Below, one piece after another: positions 1 through 14,430 of a stretch of 64,000 nt of DNA. Each line of letters begins with the position of its first letter. Positions within the stretch are counted from its first letter, which is position 1. A program made the position numbers and the translations under genes. Source of the stretch: Octopus vulgaris. Taxonomy: Eukaryota. The stretch is taken from positions 10,044,001 to 10,108,000 of the forward strand of contig CATOCA020000001.1 of the NCBI GenBank assembly GCA_951406725.2. The letters run 5' to 3'. The notes beneath the pieces are model-generated. The model was not told where the DNA came from. It saw nothing but the letters and a program-made list of their open reading frames with translations, and did not search any database.

Positions 1-513
1 GAGAGAGAGTGAGAGAGAGAGTGAGAGAGAGAGAGAAATAGAGAAAGAAAGAATGTAGCAATGAATAGGAGTTGCGGGAGAGATATTATTCAGTGTGTGG
101 TTATTGGAGACAGGTAGTCTCTGTCTTCTCGCTAACACACTCGCTACAATATACACACATATACCTTTAATCAAACATACATTCACACTACACACATATA
201 TACATACATACATCATATACCATGACAGTACAACATACATACTTACACATACACACGTTTAAACAAAGATACACGCACAGGACAAAGTAACACCCACACG
301 TTTATAATCTTCGTCCTGGCATTTCATAATTACGTAGCGACCGTTGCAGCAGTGGAACAGAGACATATACATACACATATGCACACACATATGCACACAC
401 ATACGCATACACACACACACACACACATGTATTTTTCCTGAATATCAAACTAATATTCTTGCTTATTATTCCTACACCTGACTCCAGTTTTTGTTTTTTC
501 TATAAATTTCAAC

Positions 514-544
<31 letters not shown>

Positions 545-871
545 GTGTATATTAAGGGCTAAAAGCCACTATGTGGACAGCCATATGCTAGAAATAGATC
601 ACCTACGATCAAACTACAAAGAAAGAATGTTCTCTAGGGAATACATGTGTATATTAATGTGCATACATACATACATACATGCATACATACATACATTCAT
701 ACATACATACATACATACATTCATACATTCATACATTCATTCATACGTACATACATACATTCATACATACATACATACATACATACATACATACATGTAG
801 GGTGAATGTATGTTTGATTAAAGGTATATGTGTGTATATTGTAGCGTGAGTGTTAGCGAGTAGATAGAGAC

Positions 872-908
<37 letters not shown>

Positions 909-915
909 TATATAC

Positions 916-1024
<109 letters not shown>

Positions 1025-1073
1025 TATATATATATATATATGTACTTATATATCTATACATCTATCTATCTAC

Positions 1074-1157
<84 letters not shown>

Positions 1158-1172
1158 ATATATATATATATA

Positions 1173-1580
1173 TGGCTGTGTGGTAAGTAGCTTGCTAACC
1201 AACTACATGGTTCCGGGTTCAGTCACACTGCGTGGCATCTTGGGCAAGTGTCTTCTGCTATAGCCTCGGGCCGACCAATGCCTTGTGAGTGGATTTCGTA
1301 GACGGAAACTGAAAGAAGCCTGTCGTATATATGTATATATGTATAAGTGTGTGTGTATACGTTTGTGTGTCTGTGTTTGTCCCCCTAGCATTGCTTTACA
1401 ACCGATTCTGGTGTGTTTACGTCCCCGTCACTTAGCAGTTTGGAAAAACAGACCGATAGAATAAGTACTGGGCTTACAAAGATTAAGTCCCGGGGTCGAT
1501 TTGCTCGACTAAAGGCGTTGCTCCAGCATGGCCGCAGTCAAATGACTGAAACAAGTAAGAGAGTAAAAGAGTAAAGAGTA
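1173..1580 (+). mobile_element. SINE family A (tRNA-like head, CORE-like cttgggcaag, internal microsatellite, LINE-like 3' tail with (GAGTAAAA)n)
   Basis: A-box tggctgtgtggt and B-box ggttcagtc. Partial copies at ~2570-2740, 6160-6445, 8935-9090(-), 9150-9240, 30705-31035, 32200-32310(-). Confidence 0.85.
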
Positions 1581-1619
1581 TATATATATACATATATATA
1601 TGTACACATATATCTATAC

Positions 1620-1685
<66 letters not shown>

Positions 1686-1787
1686 ATATATATATATAAT
1701 ATATACTTTATAAAGCATATTACTCTACCATTGGTATTTGAGTACTCTTTTTTTCCACCTTGTTTCACATTTATGTGTTTACTCCGG

Positions 1788-1844
<57 letters not shown>

Positions 1845-1959
1845 TTAGAGATAGTATAAAATCTTTATAAGGATTTATCAAGTAGTTAGCGTGAAAAGCG
1901 TCATAAGAGAAAAATCCACCATTTTTTTTCATTTAAATGTATTTATTTATATTATATAG

Positions 1960-2406
1960 AGGGCATCACTATACATAAATGCTACACGCTAGGGGGACTC
2001 ATAAAGTCAGAACTACCAAAATATATAAACACATCGTAAAAGTATTATTTATAGCTGAATGTTCTTCTTGACACTAATAAACCTAACAACAGTCATCGTG
2101 TTGTGTCTCTAGGTTAGCTACATTCCTCTGCTTACATCTTGAGCTACAAATCTGTGGATCATACCCCAGCTAGGGTGGGGGCTCTTTATATGAAAAATAA
2201 ATTGATTCTCTAAAGAAAGGTAGATTTATGAAAACTAGTAAAAGAATCAATGACACAGAATTTGTACAATAAAACCTCCTGTATTGATCTTTGATCTGAT
2301 CTTATCTACTTTGCTAATATTTCGACAGACACTATCAACAAGTGCTTACTTAATAAATTTTTGTAAATATCTTTATGACTATTTCACAATTATTTAATAA
2401 ATTTCC

Positions 2407-2410
<4 letters not shown>
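1960..2410. repeat. Dispersed repeat with an inverted copy at ~32530-32960
   Basis: tagctgaatgttcttcttgacactaataaacctaacaacagtcat, tctgtggatcataccccagcta and aataaaacctcctgtattgatc are shared as reverse complements. Confidence 0.85.
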
Positions 2411-2482
<72 letters not shown>

Positions 2483-2483
2483 C

Positions 2484-2561
<78 letters not shown>

Positions 2562-2780
2562 GTGTGTGTGTTTGTGTGTCTGTGTTTGTCCCCCTAGCAT
2601 TGCTTGACAACCGATGCTGGTGTGTTTACGTCCCCGTCACTTAGCGGTTCGGCAAAGAGAGACCGATAGAATAAGTACTAAAAGGTGGTGCTCCAGCATG
2701 GCCGCAGTCAAATGACTGAAACAAGTAAAAGAGTAAAAGAGAGAATATATATATATATATCTGTATATATATATATATAT

Positions 2781-3406
2781 AGGACCACTGATGGTCCTAT
2801 GGAAAACATTCGTCCTCAGCCGCTTGGACTACTGCTCCCAACTTTGGTCACCACACAATATAAAACAAACAGCAGAACTCGAAGCAATTCAGAGAAGCTA
2901 CACAAAGAAAATCGTCTCAATGCAAAATATCAGCTACTGGGAAAGACTGAAGGTATTAAACCTCTTCTCCCTAGAGTGGAGGCGGGAAAGATATGCAGTG
3001 ATATACATCTGGAAAATCCTGGAGGGTCTTGCCCCAAACTTTGGCATTCAAAGTTACTCCAACCGCAGAACAGGGCGCCGCTGCGTTGTGCCAAGGATTC
3101 CAACATCACCATCAAAATACAGGTCCAGATACTGCAACAGCTTGGGTTTCAGAGGACCACAGCTCTTTAACATCCTCCCTGAGAGACTTACATTGTGTGG
3201 ATGTGGGTTTCTTTAAAACTAAACTGGATCTTTTCTTGTTGGGAGTCCCAGATGAACCTACCTCACGACAGGAGACGTGGATGCGGGCAGCAGCATCGAA
3301 CTCCCTTGTTGATCAAGTGCCACGTATCAGAGGTGGATTCACAAACTAGTGTAGCTCATTCAGCGGTGGTGCCCCAGCATGGCCGCGTTCTTCGGGCTAA
3401 AAAAAA
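2781..3406 (+). mobile_element. 5'-truncated LINE of a family related to the 14.4-18 kb element
   Basis: LDYCSQLWSP...YWERLK...RRERYAVIYIWKILEG..PNFGI matches the ORF2 C-terminus; frameshift near 3185; same ggtgccccagcatggcc tail. Confidence 0.9.
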
Positions 3407-3989
3407 TTTTCTTAGCATTTCTACTACTTAAAGAAAATTTCTCTCAGATAATGTTTACTCTAGACAGCTCACGAAGGTTTGGGGGTAAATACAGAAAAAT
3501 ATCACAAGTACATAGATCGTTTGAGTACGTCAACGTTTCAAGATTAGCCAAATAAAATCAGCATTTCTTTCGTCAGCTCAAAATTTCTTAATTTGGATTT
3601 GGAAACACTAAAAAGAAGGAACTTTACCTATCAGCGACTTGTCGCTTCAGATGAACCACTCCAACTAACAGTGTCAACAAATTCAAAATGCGCAGGCGTA
3701 AAATTCTGCACTCCCCATTCCACCCACGTGGTCTATCTAGCAAACATTATATTTTAACCGCGAGAACCGAGGCAGTATGACCGAGAGATATGAATTATAA
3801 TATCAACAATTGAGGGTAAAATTAATTAATTAATCAATATCACCAAGTGTTCAGTATGTAAAAGGACCATTTAAGGCGAATTCAAAATATTACATTATAT
3901 AATTAGGGCTTAGTAAAATAAATTACTTTGCCACATTAGGGCTTAGTAAAGTAAATTTGCCACTTAGGGCTTAGTAAAATAAATTACTT

Positions 3990-4031
<42 letters not shown>

Positions 4032-4046
4032 ATGATGATGATGTTA

Positions 4047-4084
<38 letters not shown>

Positions 4085-4510
4085 TAACATCATCATCATC
4101 ATCATCATCATCATCACCACCATGCTGAAAATAGCAGCCATTATCTGACTCTAAAACAACCTTAAGTCTTCATACAGCACACGGAGAGAAGACAATAAGA
4201 CAATAAAACAAGTAAAAAATTACTGGATAATTCCAGATCCCGGATTCCTGACTTTGCATTTAGGAATGCTTTACCTCATCAGTGGAATATACACATAAAA
4301 TTTTCACACAGCATCGGGAGAGAAGAGAAAAAGACAAATTAAACTAACAAACAAAAACTATTATCTTTTTTGTTAGTTTATTTTGTCTCTCTTCTCTTCT
4401 CTCCTGGTGTGAACATTTAATGTAGTTTTAGACTCAAGTTTTGGCTGCAATGTCTAGTATGATGATATCTCTTAGGTACTCTTCTTCATAATTTTAATAA
4501 TTTCATGTAT

Positions 4511-4932
4511 AGGCGCAGGAGTGGCTCTGTGTTAAGTAGCTTGCTAACCAACCACATGGTTCCGGGTTCAGTCCCACTGCGTGACATCTTGGGCAAGTGT
4601 CTTCTGCTATAGCTCCGGGCCGACCAATGCCTTGTGAGTTGACTTTGTAGAGGGAAACTGAAAGAAGCCTGTCGTATATATGTATATATGTATATATGTA
4701 TGTGTGTGTATGTGTTTGTGTGTCTGTGCTGGTCTCCCTAAAATTGCTTGACAACCGATGCTGGTGTGTTTACGTCCCCGTAACTTAGCGGGTCGGCAAA
4801 AGAGACCGATAGAATAAGTACTGGGCTTACAAAGAATATGTCCCGGAGTCGATTTGCTCGACTAAAGGTGGTGCCCCGGCATGGCCGCAGCCAAATGACT
4901 GAAACAAGTAAAAGAGTAAAGAGTAAAGAGAG
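4511..4932 (+). mobile_element. SINE family A, full length
   Basis: Same head, body and tail as 1173-1580. Confidence 0.85.
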
Positions 4933-5633
4933 TATATATATATACATGAGTTGTGTATAATTATATGTGTTATATGTATATAACATGTTCCAGCTGGGGC
5001 GTGTTTGAACAATTCAGACGAATAGAAGCCATATGTATTGAAATCTAAATTTTTGTCTACTCTCCATGTTTAAAATTTTATGGAAAGCGACAAGAAAATG
5101 CGTGGGTGAGAATGATATAGAGAGAGAGAGTGGAAGAGAAATAGAATAAGAGATCAAGAGAGGGGGAAATAGATAGAATGAGAGACAGAGGGAGAAATAG
5201 ATACATATATAATTAGACTTAGAGTGAGGGAGAGAATAAAACAGGTAGACAATCTAGTTTATCTAATCCCCCTCTCTATAAAGCTGTTCAATGTTCATTC
5301 TCACTCTCTTTTTGACTCTTTCTCACTCTCTGTCTGACTCTCTCCCAGCAAAGAAGGACGTTGTGGAAGACAATTTAAATGCTAGAAATAGCAGCAAAAC
5401 AACACCTTAGAAATATGCTATGATGATTTTAACAATATATATATATATATATATTTATTTATATATATATATATGTATATATATATGTGTGTGTGTATAT
5501 ATACATGTATATATGTGTATATATATATATCTATATATTTACATATATATATATATATATATGTGTGTGTGCATATATATATATGTATGTGTATGTGTAT
5601 GTATATATATATATATTTATATACATGCAAGTA

Positions 5634-5674
<41 letters not shown>

Positions 5675-5689
5675 ATATGTATGTATATA

Positions 5690-5753
<64 letters not shown>

Positions 5754-6002
5754 TTCATCGTTGTTATTTCGTCAACCCTGAAATGATAAAGTAGTGTTGG
5801 CATTAATAGAATTCGAACCCAGAATGTAGGCTCCCAGCAAATAGCTATAAATAATACCAACAGGATATGTGGTTATCAAGACATAGCAGTAATTGACGCT
5901 GTGTGTGTTTGTGCCCGTGCAGGTGTGTGGGCGGCTGTTTGGATTTTTTTGTGTTTGTGTATGTGTATATATATGCGCATGTATGTATGTACCTATCTAT
6001 CA

Positions 6003-6082
<80 letters not shown>

Positions 6083-6898
6083 CTCGATGTACTTGTGCTC
6101 ATAATATATTTATATATACAAATATATACATTCATATATAGAAAGCTGAAAAGTGACACGTGGCTGTGTGGTGAGAAGCTTGCTTACCTACCATATTGTT
6201 CTGAGTTCAATCTCACTGCGTGGGAGATTTGGCGAGTGTCTTATGCTATAGCCACGGGCTGACCCGATCCTTGTGAGTAGATTTGGTAGACGGAAACTGA
6301 AAGAAGCCCATCGGATGTATATAAATGTGTTTGTGTTAGCGTTTAACAACGCACTATCGCTTCACAACCAATGCTGTTGTGTTTAGGTCCCCGTAACTTT
6401 GCGGTTCGGCAAAAGGTACCGATAGAATAAATACTAGACTTAAAAAGCAAGCAAATACATACATATATACGCACATATACATACACATATATATACATAT
6501 ATAAATAGTAAATAAAGTTACTTCTGTTGGCAGCTAGACGCATGGGAACAGTCTACCTTGGCATATATATTCCGCATATGGACGGGAGACTCAGTCCATC
6601 GCAGGGTGAGTCATTCTTGCCAAGGAATGTGAAATGAAGTTCAACTCGTCGCAAGTGTTCATTAAGCTAAAACACCTAAAGCTCTACGAGGCTCCAGCAA
6701 GGGCTGGTGGCGAACCCTGCTGTATTATTTCACCACAACTTTCTCTCACTCTGTCTTCCTGTTTCTGTTGTACCTGTATTTCAAAGGGGCCAGCCATGTC
6801 ACACTCTGTGTCACGCTGAATCTCAACGAGAACTACGTTAAGGGTACATGTGTCTGTGGAGTACTCAGCTACTTACACGTTAATTTCACGAAGACTCT

Positions 6899-7480
6899 AA
6901 GGCGGCGAGCTGGCAGAAACGTTAGCACGCCGGGCGAAATACTTAGCAGAATTTCGTCTGCCGTACGTTCTGAGTTCAAATTCCGCCGAGGTCGACTTTA
7001 CCTTTCATTCATTCGGGGTCGATAAATTAAGTACCAGTTACGCACTGGGGTTGATATAATCGACTTCGTCCGTTTGTCTGTCCTTGTTCGTCCCCTCTGT
7101 GTTTAGCCCCCTGTTGGTAGTAAAGAAATAGGTATTTCGTCTGTCTTTACTTTCTGAGTTCAAATTCTGCCGAGGTCGACTTTGCCTTTCATCGTTTCGG
7201 GGTCGATTAAATAAGGGTCTGTTACGCACTGGGGTCGATATCATCGACTTAATACCTATGTCTGTCCTTGTTTGTCCCCTTTCTGTTTAGCCCCCTGTTG
7301 GCAGTAAAGAAATAGGTATTTCGTCTGTCTTTACTTTCTGAGTTCAAATTCCGTCGAGGTCGACTTTGCCTTTCATCCTTTCGGGGTGGATAAATCAAGT
7401 ACAAGTTTCGTACTGGTGTAGATCTAATCGATGGGCCCCTCCCCTAAAATTTCGGACCTTGTGCCTAGAGTTGAAAAGAA
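6899..7480 (+). mobile_element. SINE family B (Nin/Deu-domain-like) with ~184-bp internal tandem repeat
   Basis: Head ggcggcgagctggcagaaacgttagc. The gagttcaaattc B-box plus gcctttcatcctttcggggtcgataaattaagtaccag block recurs at ~6968, 7152 and 7336. Confidence 0.8.
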
Positions 7481-9335
7481 TTTCACGAGTAGTCTTCCGT
7501 TGACTGGATCAACTGGAAACCTCTTCGTCTCAACCGACGGAGTGCCATAGTAGTATATATATACACGCACACACATATATTTATATATTCGTTTCTTTTC
7601 TTTTATTCGTTTCTTATTCGATGGAAGTAAAACAGAAATATTATAGGGTGCAACCCGCGCAAAGTAAAGGCCAAGAATAGATACAGAGGTATGGAAGTTA
7701 AGAGAGAAGTGGGCTCCAGATGCGGGAGTTGGACGGGGGCACATGTGAAATTAACTTCCCACAATCTCCAAGAGGACGTGTAGAAGTAACTCATAGTTTC
7801 TCTTCCTTGGGAGTGGGGTTTATGAGATTGTTTTGCCCACACTCACACTCTCCCTCTCTTTCACTCATACTCATTCTCTCCGTTTCATTCTCTGTCTGTA
7901 TCTTTTTATGCGCCCTTTTCAAGTCTAGTCAGCGCTCATGTTTTCCCGGTTTATGTGGCGTATGTGTTCCCCAGCTGGACGGGACGCCAGTCCATCACAG
8001 CGTTACCCAAGAAACAGGAAGAAAGTATGAGAGAAAGTTGGGGCGAAAGAGTAGAACAGGGGGTCGCCACCACCCCCTACCTGAGCCGCGTGGAGCATTA
8101 GGTGTTTTCGCTCAATAAACACACACAACACACGGTCTGGGAATCGAAACCGCCATCCTCCGACCGCGAGTCCGCTCCCCTAACCACGGAGCCATTGCGC
8201 CTCCACAAAATAAATTCGCCCTTTTAAAGCCTAGACAAGCTCATGGGCCCGGTTTCCCGGTTTCAATGGCGTATGTGATCCCCAGCTGGAGGGGTCGCCA
8301 GTCCATCGCAGCGTTACTCATTTTTGCCAGCTGAGTGGACTGGAGCAACGTGAAATGAAGTGTTTTGCTCAAGAACCCAACGCGTCGCCCCATCCAATAA
8401 TCGAAACCACAATCATACGATCATGATGCTGACACCCTAACCACTAAGCCACGCGCCTCCACCCTACGTCCTTATATAAATAGAATAATCATCTACAAGG
8501 TGCACCTCGGGCTACAAATAATTCTGCCTGCTATCATTATAAGGTTTTAACTTTTGCTAATTAATTATATCGACTCCAAAGTTAATCTTGAGAGAATTGT
8601 ATCGACCCTCAAATGAAAAAAGGTGACGGGATTCGAACCCAGAATGTAAATTACCAAGGAATAGTTATAAATATTACTAACAAGTCATTGAGTGTGTCTC
8701 TAGTAGTAATTGTTAGTATGAAACAGGTGTGCCTGTGTGTGTGCGAATCGAAGAAAAGGTGTTTGTGTGACTTATGCCACAATAAGCGAAGAGTGTTGTT
8801 ACACTTGACTTAACATTAACAACTGAAGTCGCTTTTATAAAAAAAAAATCATACTTCTATCCTAGTAAACAACTCTATATACACCCACATCCATATTCTC
8901 TATATTCTCTATATTCTCTATATTCTTTTATTTGTTCCTCTATTTTTTCAGGCATTTGACTGGGGCCATGCTGCAGCACCGCCTCCAGTAGGACAAATCA
9001 ATTCGGGGACATATCCTTTGTAAGCCGAGTACTTATCCTATCGATCTGTTTTGCCGAACAGCTAAGTTACGCAGACATAAACACACCGGAGAGAGAGAGA
9101 GAGAGAGAGAGAGTGAGAGCGAGAGAGAAGGAGAGAAAGAGCGTGTGAGGCTATTTAGGCAAGTGTGTTTACTGTAGCCTTGGGCCATCAAAATCTTGTG
9201 AGTGAATTTGGTGAACGGAAACTGAAAGAAGCCCGTCTTATATATATATATATAATATTAGGGAATAAATGCAAACTTACAGCGAAAAATTAGATTTAGG
9301 ATTAAATCCAATTTTATAGTATAAATATATTATAT

Positions 9336-9495
9336 TATATTATATTAAATCAGCGATAAAACCACTATTAGGCAAATCTAACAGTGAAAAACATAAGCCA
9401 ATACATAAAATGAATTTAAAAATATAAAAGTTAAAATTTAAAAAATTATTTAAATAATGTAAACTTATAAATTTTAAATATATATATATATGTAA

Positions 9496-9549
<54 letters not shown>

Positions 9550-9763
9550 ATGTATGTATATATCTATATATTATTTAATTTATTAATTTATTTATTAATT
9601 AATTAATTTAATTTTTTTTTATCATTATTATATAAATATCAAAAGTATTAAAACTTTTAATACTTTTGATATTTATATAATAAAATAATAAATAAATAAA
9701 TAAATTAATTAATAAATAAATTAATAAATAAAATAATATATAAATATAAAAATATACATACAT

Positions 9764-9795
<32 letters not shown>

Positions 9796-9958
9796 GTATT
9801 TGTATATATATATATTTAAAATTTATAAGTTTAAATTATTTAAATAATTTTTTAAATGTTTAAATTTTATATTTTTAAATTAATTTTATGTATTGGCTTA
9901 TGTTTTTCACTGTTAGATTTGCCTAATAGTGGTTTTATCTCTAATTTAATATAATATA
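9336..9958. repeat. ~620-bp near-perfect AT-rich palindrome
   Basis: Centre tattaaaa-c-ttttaata at 9654. Arms include gataaaaccactattaggcaaatctaacagtgaaaaacataagccaatac and its reverse complement. Confidence 0.92.
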
Positions 9959-10237
9959 TATATATAAATGTTTGCAGCTTGTTAAGAAGGTTCTGAAAAC
10001 AATTACAGTACGGACATCTGATAAGAAACATAGAAGCAACTTCGATGAGATTTTCTTTCCTTTTATATCGACCTCCATATTCAACTGGTCCTTAATTAAT
10101 CGACCCTAAAAGCATAAAAGTCAAAGGTGACATTGGTGGAATTCGATCTGAGAATGTGAAGCTCCTGGGCAGGGCTCTAAACATTAGTAACAAGGTATTA
10201 GCTGGATGTGTGTGTGTGTGTGTGTGTGTGTAATGGT

Positions 10238-10271
<34 letters not shown>

Positions 10272-10545
10272 GGTTAGGTGTGTGTGTGTATAATGGTTGG
10301 GTGTGTCACTTATTTTGTAATTGTTGAATAGTGTTTATCACCTGCTGACTTTAAACCTGACTTGACAAAATTTGTTTTGCCAAACAAAAGGTCGATTGTT
10401 AATCTAAGCCATTAAACGACTATCATCATCATCATCATCATTATCAAATCTGTACACACACACACTTGTCAGCATTTGTATATATATTCATATAAATATA
10501 GATGTATATGCCTGCATATATATGCATTTATGCCTACATAGGTAC

Positions 10546-10595
<50 letters not shown>

Positions 10596-10770
10596 TCATT
10601 ACAGATAAAAGGGTGAAATATAATTAATTTAATAAAATCAACAAATTTCACCTAGTAGCACTTCGGTAAGGAAAAGGACCATATTCGGTAAAAGATTATA
10701 TAATTATGACAATAAAAATAAGGGTCTTTTCTCTGTGTGGTCAATCAACTTGTGGCAAATACCCTTATTG

Positions 10771-10812
<42 letters not shown>

Positions 10813-10814
<2 letters not shown>

Positions 10815-11212
10815 TCTTTTACTCTTCTACTTGTTTCAGTCATTTGGCTGCAGCCATGCTGGAGCACCGCATTTAGTCGAGCAAATCGACCCTGGGACTA
10901 ATTCTTTGTAAGCCCACTACTTATTCTATCGGTCTCTTTTGCCGAACCGCTAAGTGACGGGGACGTAAACACACAAGCATCGGTTGTCAAGCAATTCTAG
11001 GGAGACAAACACATACACACACACACATATATATCTATACATATATACGACAGGCTTCTTTCAGTTTCCGTCTACCAAATCCACTCACGAGGCATTGGTA
11101 GGCCTAGGGCTATAGCAGAAGACACTTGCCCAAGATGCCACGCAGTGGGACTGAACCCGGAACCATGTGGCTGGTTAGCAAGCTACTTACCACACAGCCA
11201 CTCCTGCGCCTA
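10813..11212 (-). mobile_element. SINE family A, full length
   Basis: Reverse complement of the family A pattern. Confidence 0.85.
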
Positions 11213-11308
11213 TGGCAACTCCTATATGTAAATTTATATAACTAATGATAATGGCCTGCATGGGGATGAAAACCTCATGGATAATAATTATCAAAATTAT
11301 AATTTAGC

Positions 11309-11517
11309 TGCTAGATATAGCAGCTAAAACCTGACTCTAAAACCACATTAAATGTTCACACAGCACCAGGGGAGAGGAGAAAGAGAGAAAGTAAACTAGC
11401 AAACGAGTTTATTATTATTTTTTTTGTTAGTTTATTTTGTTTTTTTGTCTTCCCTCCTGGTGCTGTTTGGACATTTAATGTGGTTTTAGAGTGAAGTTTT
11501 GACTGCTATGTCTAGCA
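11309..11517. repeat. Hairpin (MITE/foldback-like) element; related copy at ~4122-4460
   Basis: tgctagatatagcagctaaaac...ctctaaaaccacattaaatgt...acagcaccagg mirrored by its reverse complement. Confidence 0.75.
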
Positions 11518-11629
11518 TGATGCTATCTCTTACATACCCTTATTCACAATTTTAATAATTTTATGTATATATATGTGTATATATATGTATGTATATATAT
11601 ATACGTAAGTATATATATATATATATATG

Positions 11630-11705
<76 letters not shown>

Positions 11706-11719
11706 TAGATAAACTTAGA

Positions 11720-12544
11720 TATGTTTCGACCAAAGATTGGTCCAGGTAATGTCTAACTTAATAGCACCACCTGATAGGATTATTCGAATCCTGTTTAAGT
11801 CAAGTCTTGTTCAAGTAGTGAGTTCTTGTTGGGTGAGTTGTATTTAATTATGGGTGGCTTATCTGGTATTCTTTGAAGGAATCTATCCAGATTCCATTTA
11901 AAGTTGATGGGATCCTTTTCCTCTTTGATCTCCCTCGGGAGAATGTTAAATAGGGCAGGGCCTGTTGAGGAAAAGAAATTATGTTGCAGTGTACATGTAT
12001 GTTGTGATCTTGAATTGGGCAGGGGACGTATGGCCCGTGGTCCCAGTCTTGGATGAATCTTGAAGCTAATGTTAAGGTCATTTGGGCAAAGTTGGCGGTA
12101 TATTCGCCACATCGTATAAATGATGTACCGCTCACGGCGACGCTGGAGGGAGTAAAGTTTCAAGGCTTTAAGGTGATCCCAATAATCGAGAGCAGCCATG
12201 CCTTCAATTCGTTTAGTGAGTGCTCTCTGGGGTGATTCAATCCTCGAGTTGTTTTGTCTTGTATGGGGAGACCACAGTGGGCAGCAGTATTCGAGGTGTG
12301 GCCGTATAAAGGAGGAGAAAAGTGGTATGATGACACCTTGTTCTCTGGACCGGAAAGTTCTTAAGATCCAGGAACTCATCCTACGAGCTATATCGGCCTT
12401 CTTGTTGATGTGTGCACTCCAACTGAGATCGTCATCAACAATTACACCCAGGTCTCTGATATTGTTAGAGGCTGTGAGCGGTTCCCCTGAAGGAAGAGAG
12501 TATGGTTGTTTTAGTGAGGAATTTCTTCCCAAATGCATCAGCTC

Positions 12545-12549
<5 letters not shown>
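11720..12549 (-). mobile_element. 5'-truncated CR1-like LINE, a second family
   Basis: 247-aa ORF with [22 protein letters not shown] and LYSLQRRRER, typical of the CR1-type ORF2 C-terminus. Confidence 0.88.
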
Positions 12550-12605
<56 letters not shown>

Positions 12606-12639
12606 ATGTATATATGTATATATATATATATATACATAC

Positions 12640-12692
<53 letters not shown>

Positions 12693-12765
12693 CATCTACA
12701 TACACAAACACATTTAGACACTTACACAAAATATATACACATAAAAACACAGACACATATATTCA

Positions 12766-12821
<56 letters not shown>

Positions 12822-13595
12822 TGAATATATGTATCTTTGTGTTTATGCGTACATCTTTTTCTGCGTTTGCGTGTGTCTGTATGCATATATGTCTATACCT
12901 ATGCACAACTCAAAAGATATTTCAACTTATACAATATAGTTTTGTCACATATTTTAACTTCTTAAGGCAAATTCACAGCAATTCCCGTGGAAAAGGAATT
13001 GGTTTTTTTATGGTAAAAGATTTCCAAACGCCAAACCCTCCAACTCTTACTCCCACCCAACAATGTATCTATATGTGTTTAAAATGATAAAATATTTGTG
13101 CATCTATTCATATATAAGTGCACGTATGTATGTATGTATGTATGTATGTATGTATGTGTGTATGAATGTATGTATGTATGTATGTATGTATGTATGTATG
13201 TATGTATGTATGTATGACTGTGTGTGTGAATGACATCTAATAGTTTGGGGTTCTTTCGCTTGCGCTTGAGATTATTGGCACGGGGTACCTCGCCGTGACC
13301 TGTCTCTGGATCATGTCAGTAGAGGAAACAGGATCCCTGAGGTTTCATGTAAGCCGTTTTGGATCTAAAATTTTAGGTCGCATAATCGCTGGCGAGGGTC
13401 TTTAGGATGAGTAGGAGGATACTTTGACGAGCATGGAATCCATGGCCCCGAACCTGGGTAAATCTGACCACGAATGCAATGGTAATTAGCATGGGCATTG
13501 CAGGCAATGTGGGCGATGGTCTTCGATCAGGAATGGACAGCCTTCATTATCATCATACATACATACATACATACATACATACATACATACATACA

Positions 13596-13628
<33 letters not shown>

Positions 13629-14086
13629 GCCTACATACGAAACTGCATACATGCATACACAATAAGTAGTTGCATGTATATATGAATACAGACAAAGGTG
13701 AATACATACGTAGGTATATACATACCTGCCCATACATGCATACATACACAGCAATATACTTACTTGCATATACAACTATATATACTTATATACATACATT
13801 CATACACTCTCATTCATATGCGTATATAGATATATAATTTTCAAAATTCGGTCTCGTACACAATGAAAAATACATTCAATGTTGACTCACTATTTCCTTT
13901 CTTTGACATTTCTAAAGAAATTCTAAAATATCTCAACTCACGCTCATTAAATTTCTAATCAAAAGAAACTTGTCTCTTTTCAAATCTTAGATCAACTTTT
14001 AGGTCATGGTTAGGAAAGCAGGTTAAACACAAGTACATATATACCCACACTTTTCCATCAATTTATCTATCTATCTAGCTAGCTAA

Positions 14087-14163
<77 letters not shown>

Positions 14164-14313
14164 ATATGTATATATATATATATGTATATATATATGTATA
14201 TATGTATATATATGTATATATATATGTATATATATAAATATGTATATATATATGTATATATATATATATGTATATATATAAATATGTATATATATATGTA
14301 TATATATATATAC

Positions 14314-14354
<41 letters not shown>

Positions 14355-14430
14355 TAAACATATGTATATATATATAGACACATATATATGCATTTATATA
14401 TATAGACATATATATATATGCATATATATA

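Noticed and set aside
9979-10110. Possible exon after tttgcag (LVKKVLKTITVRT...)
   Set aside because: It runs into a SINE remnant and a stop, with no partner exons or motif.
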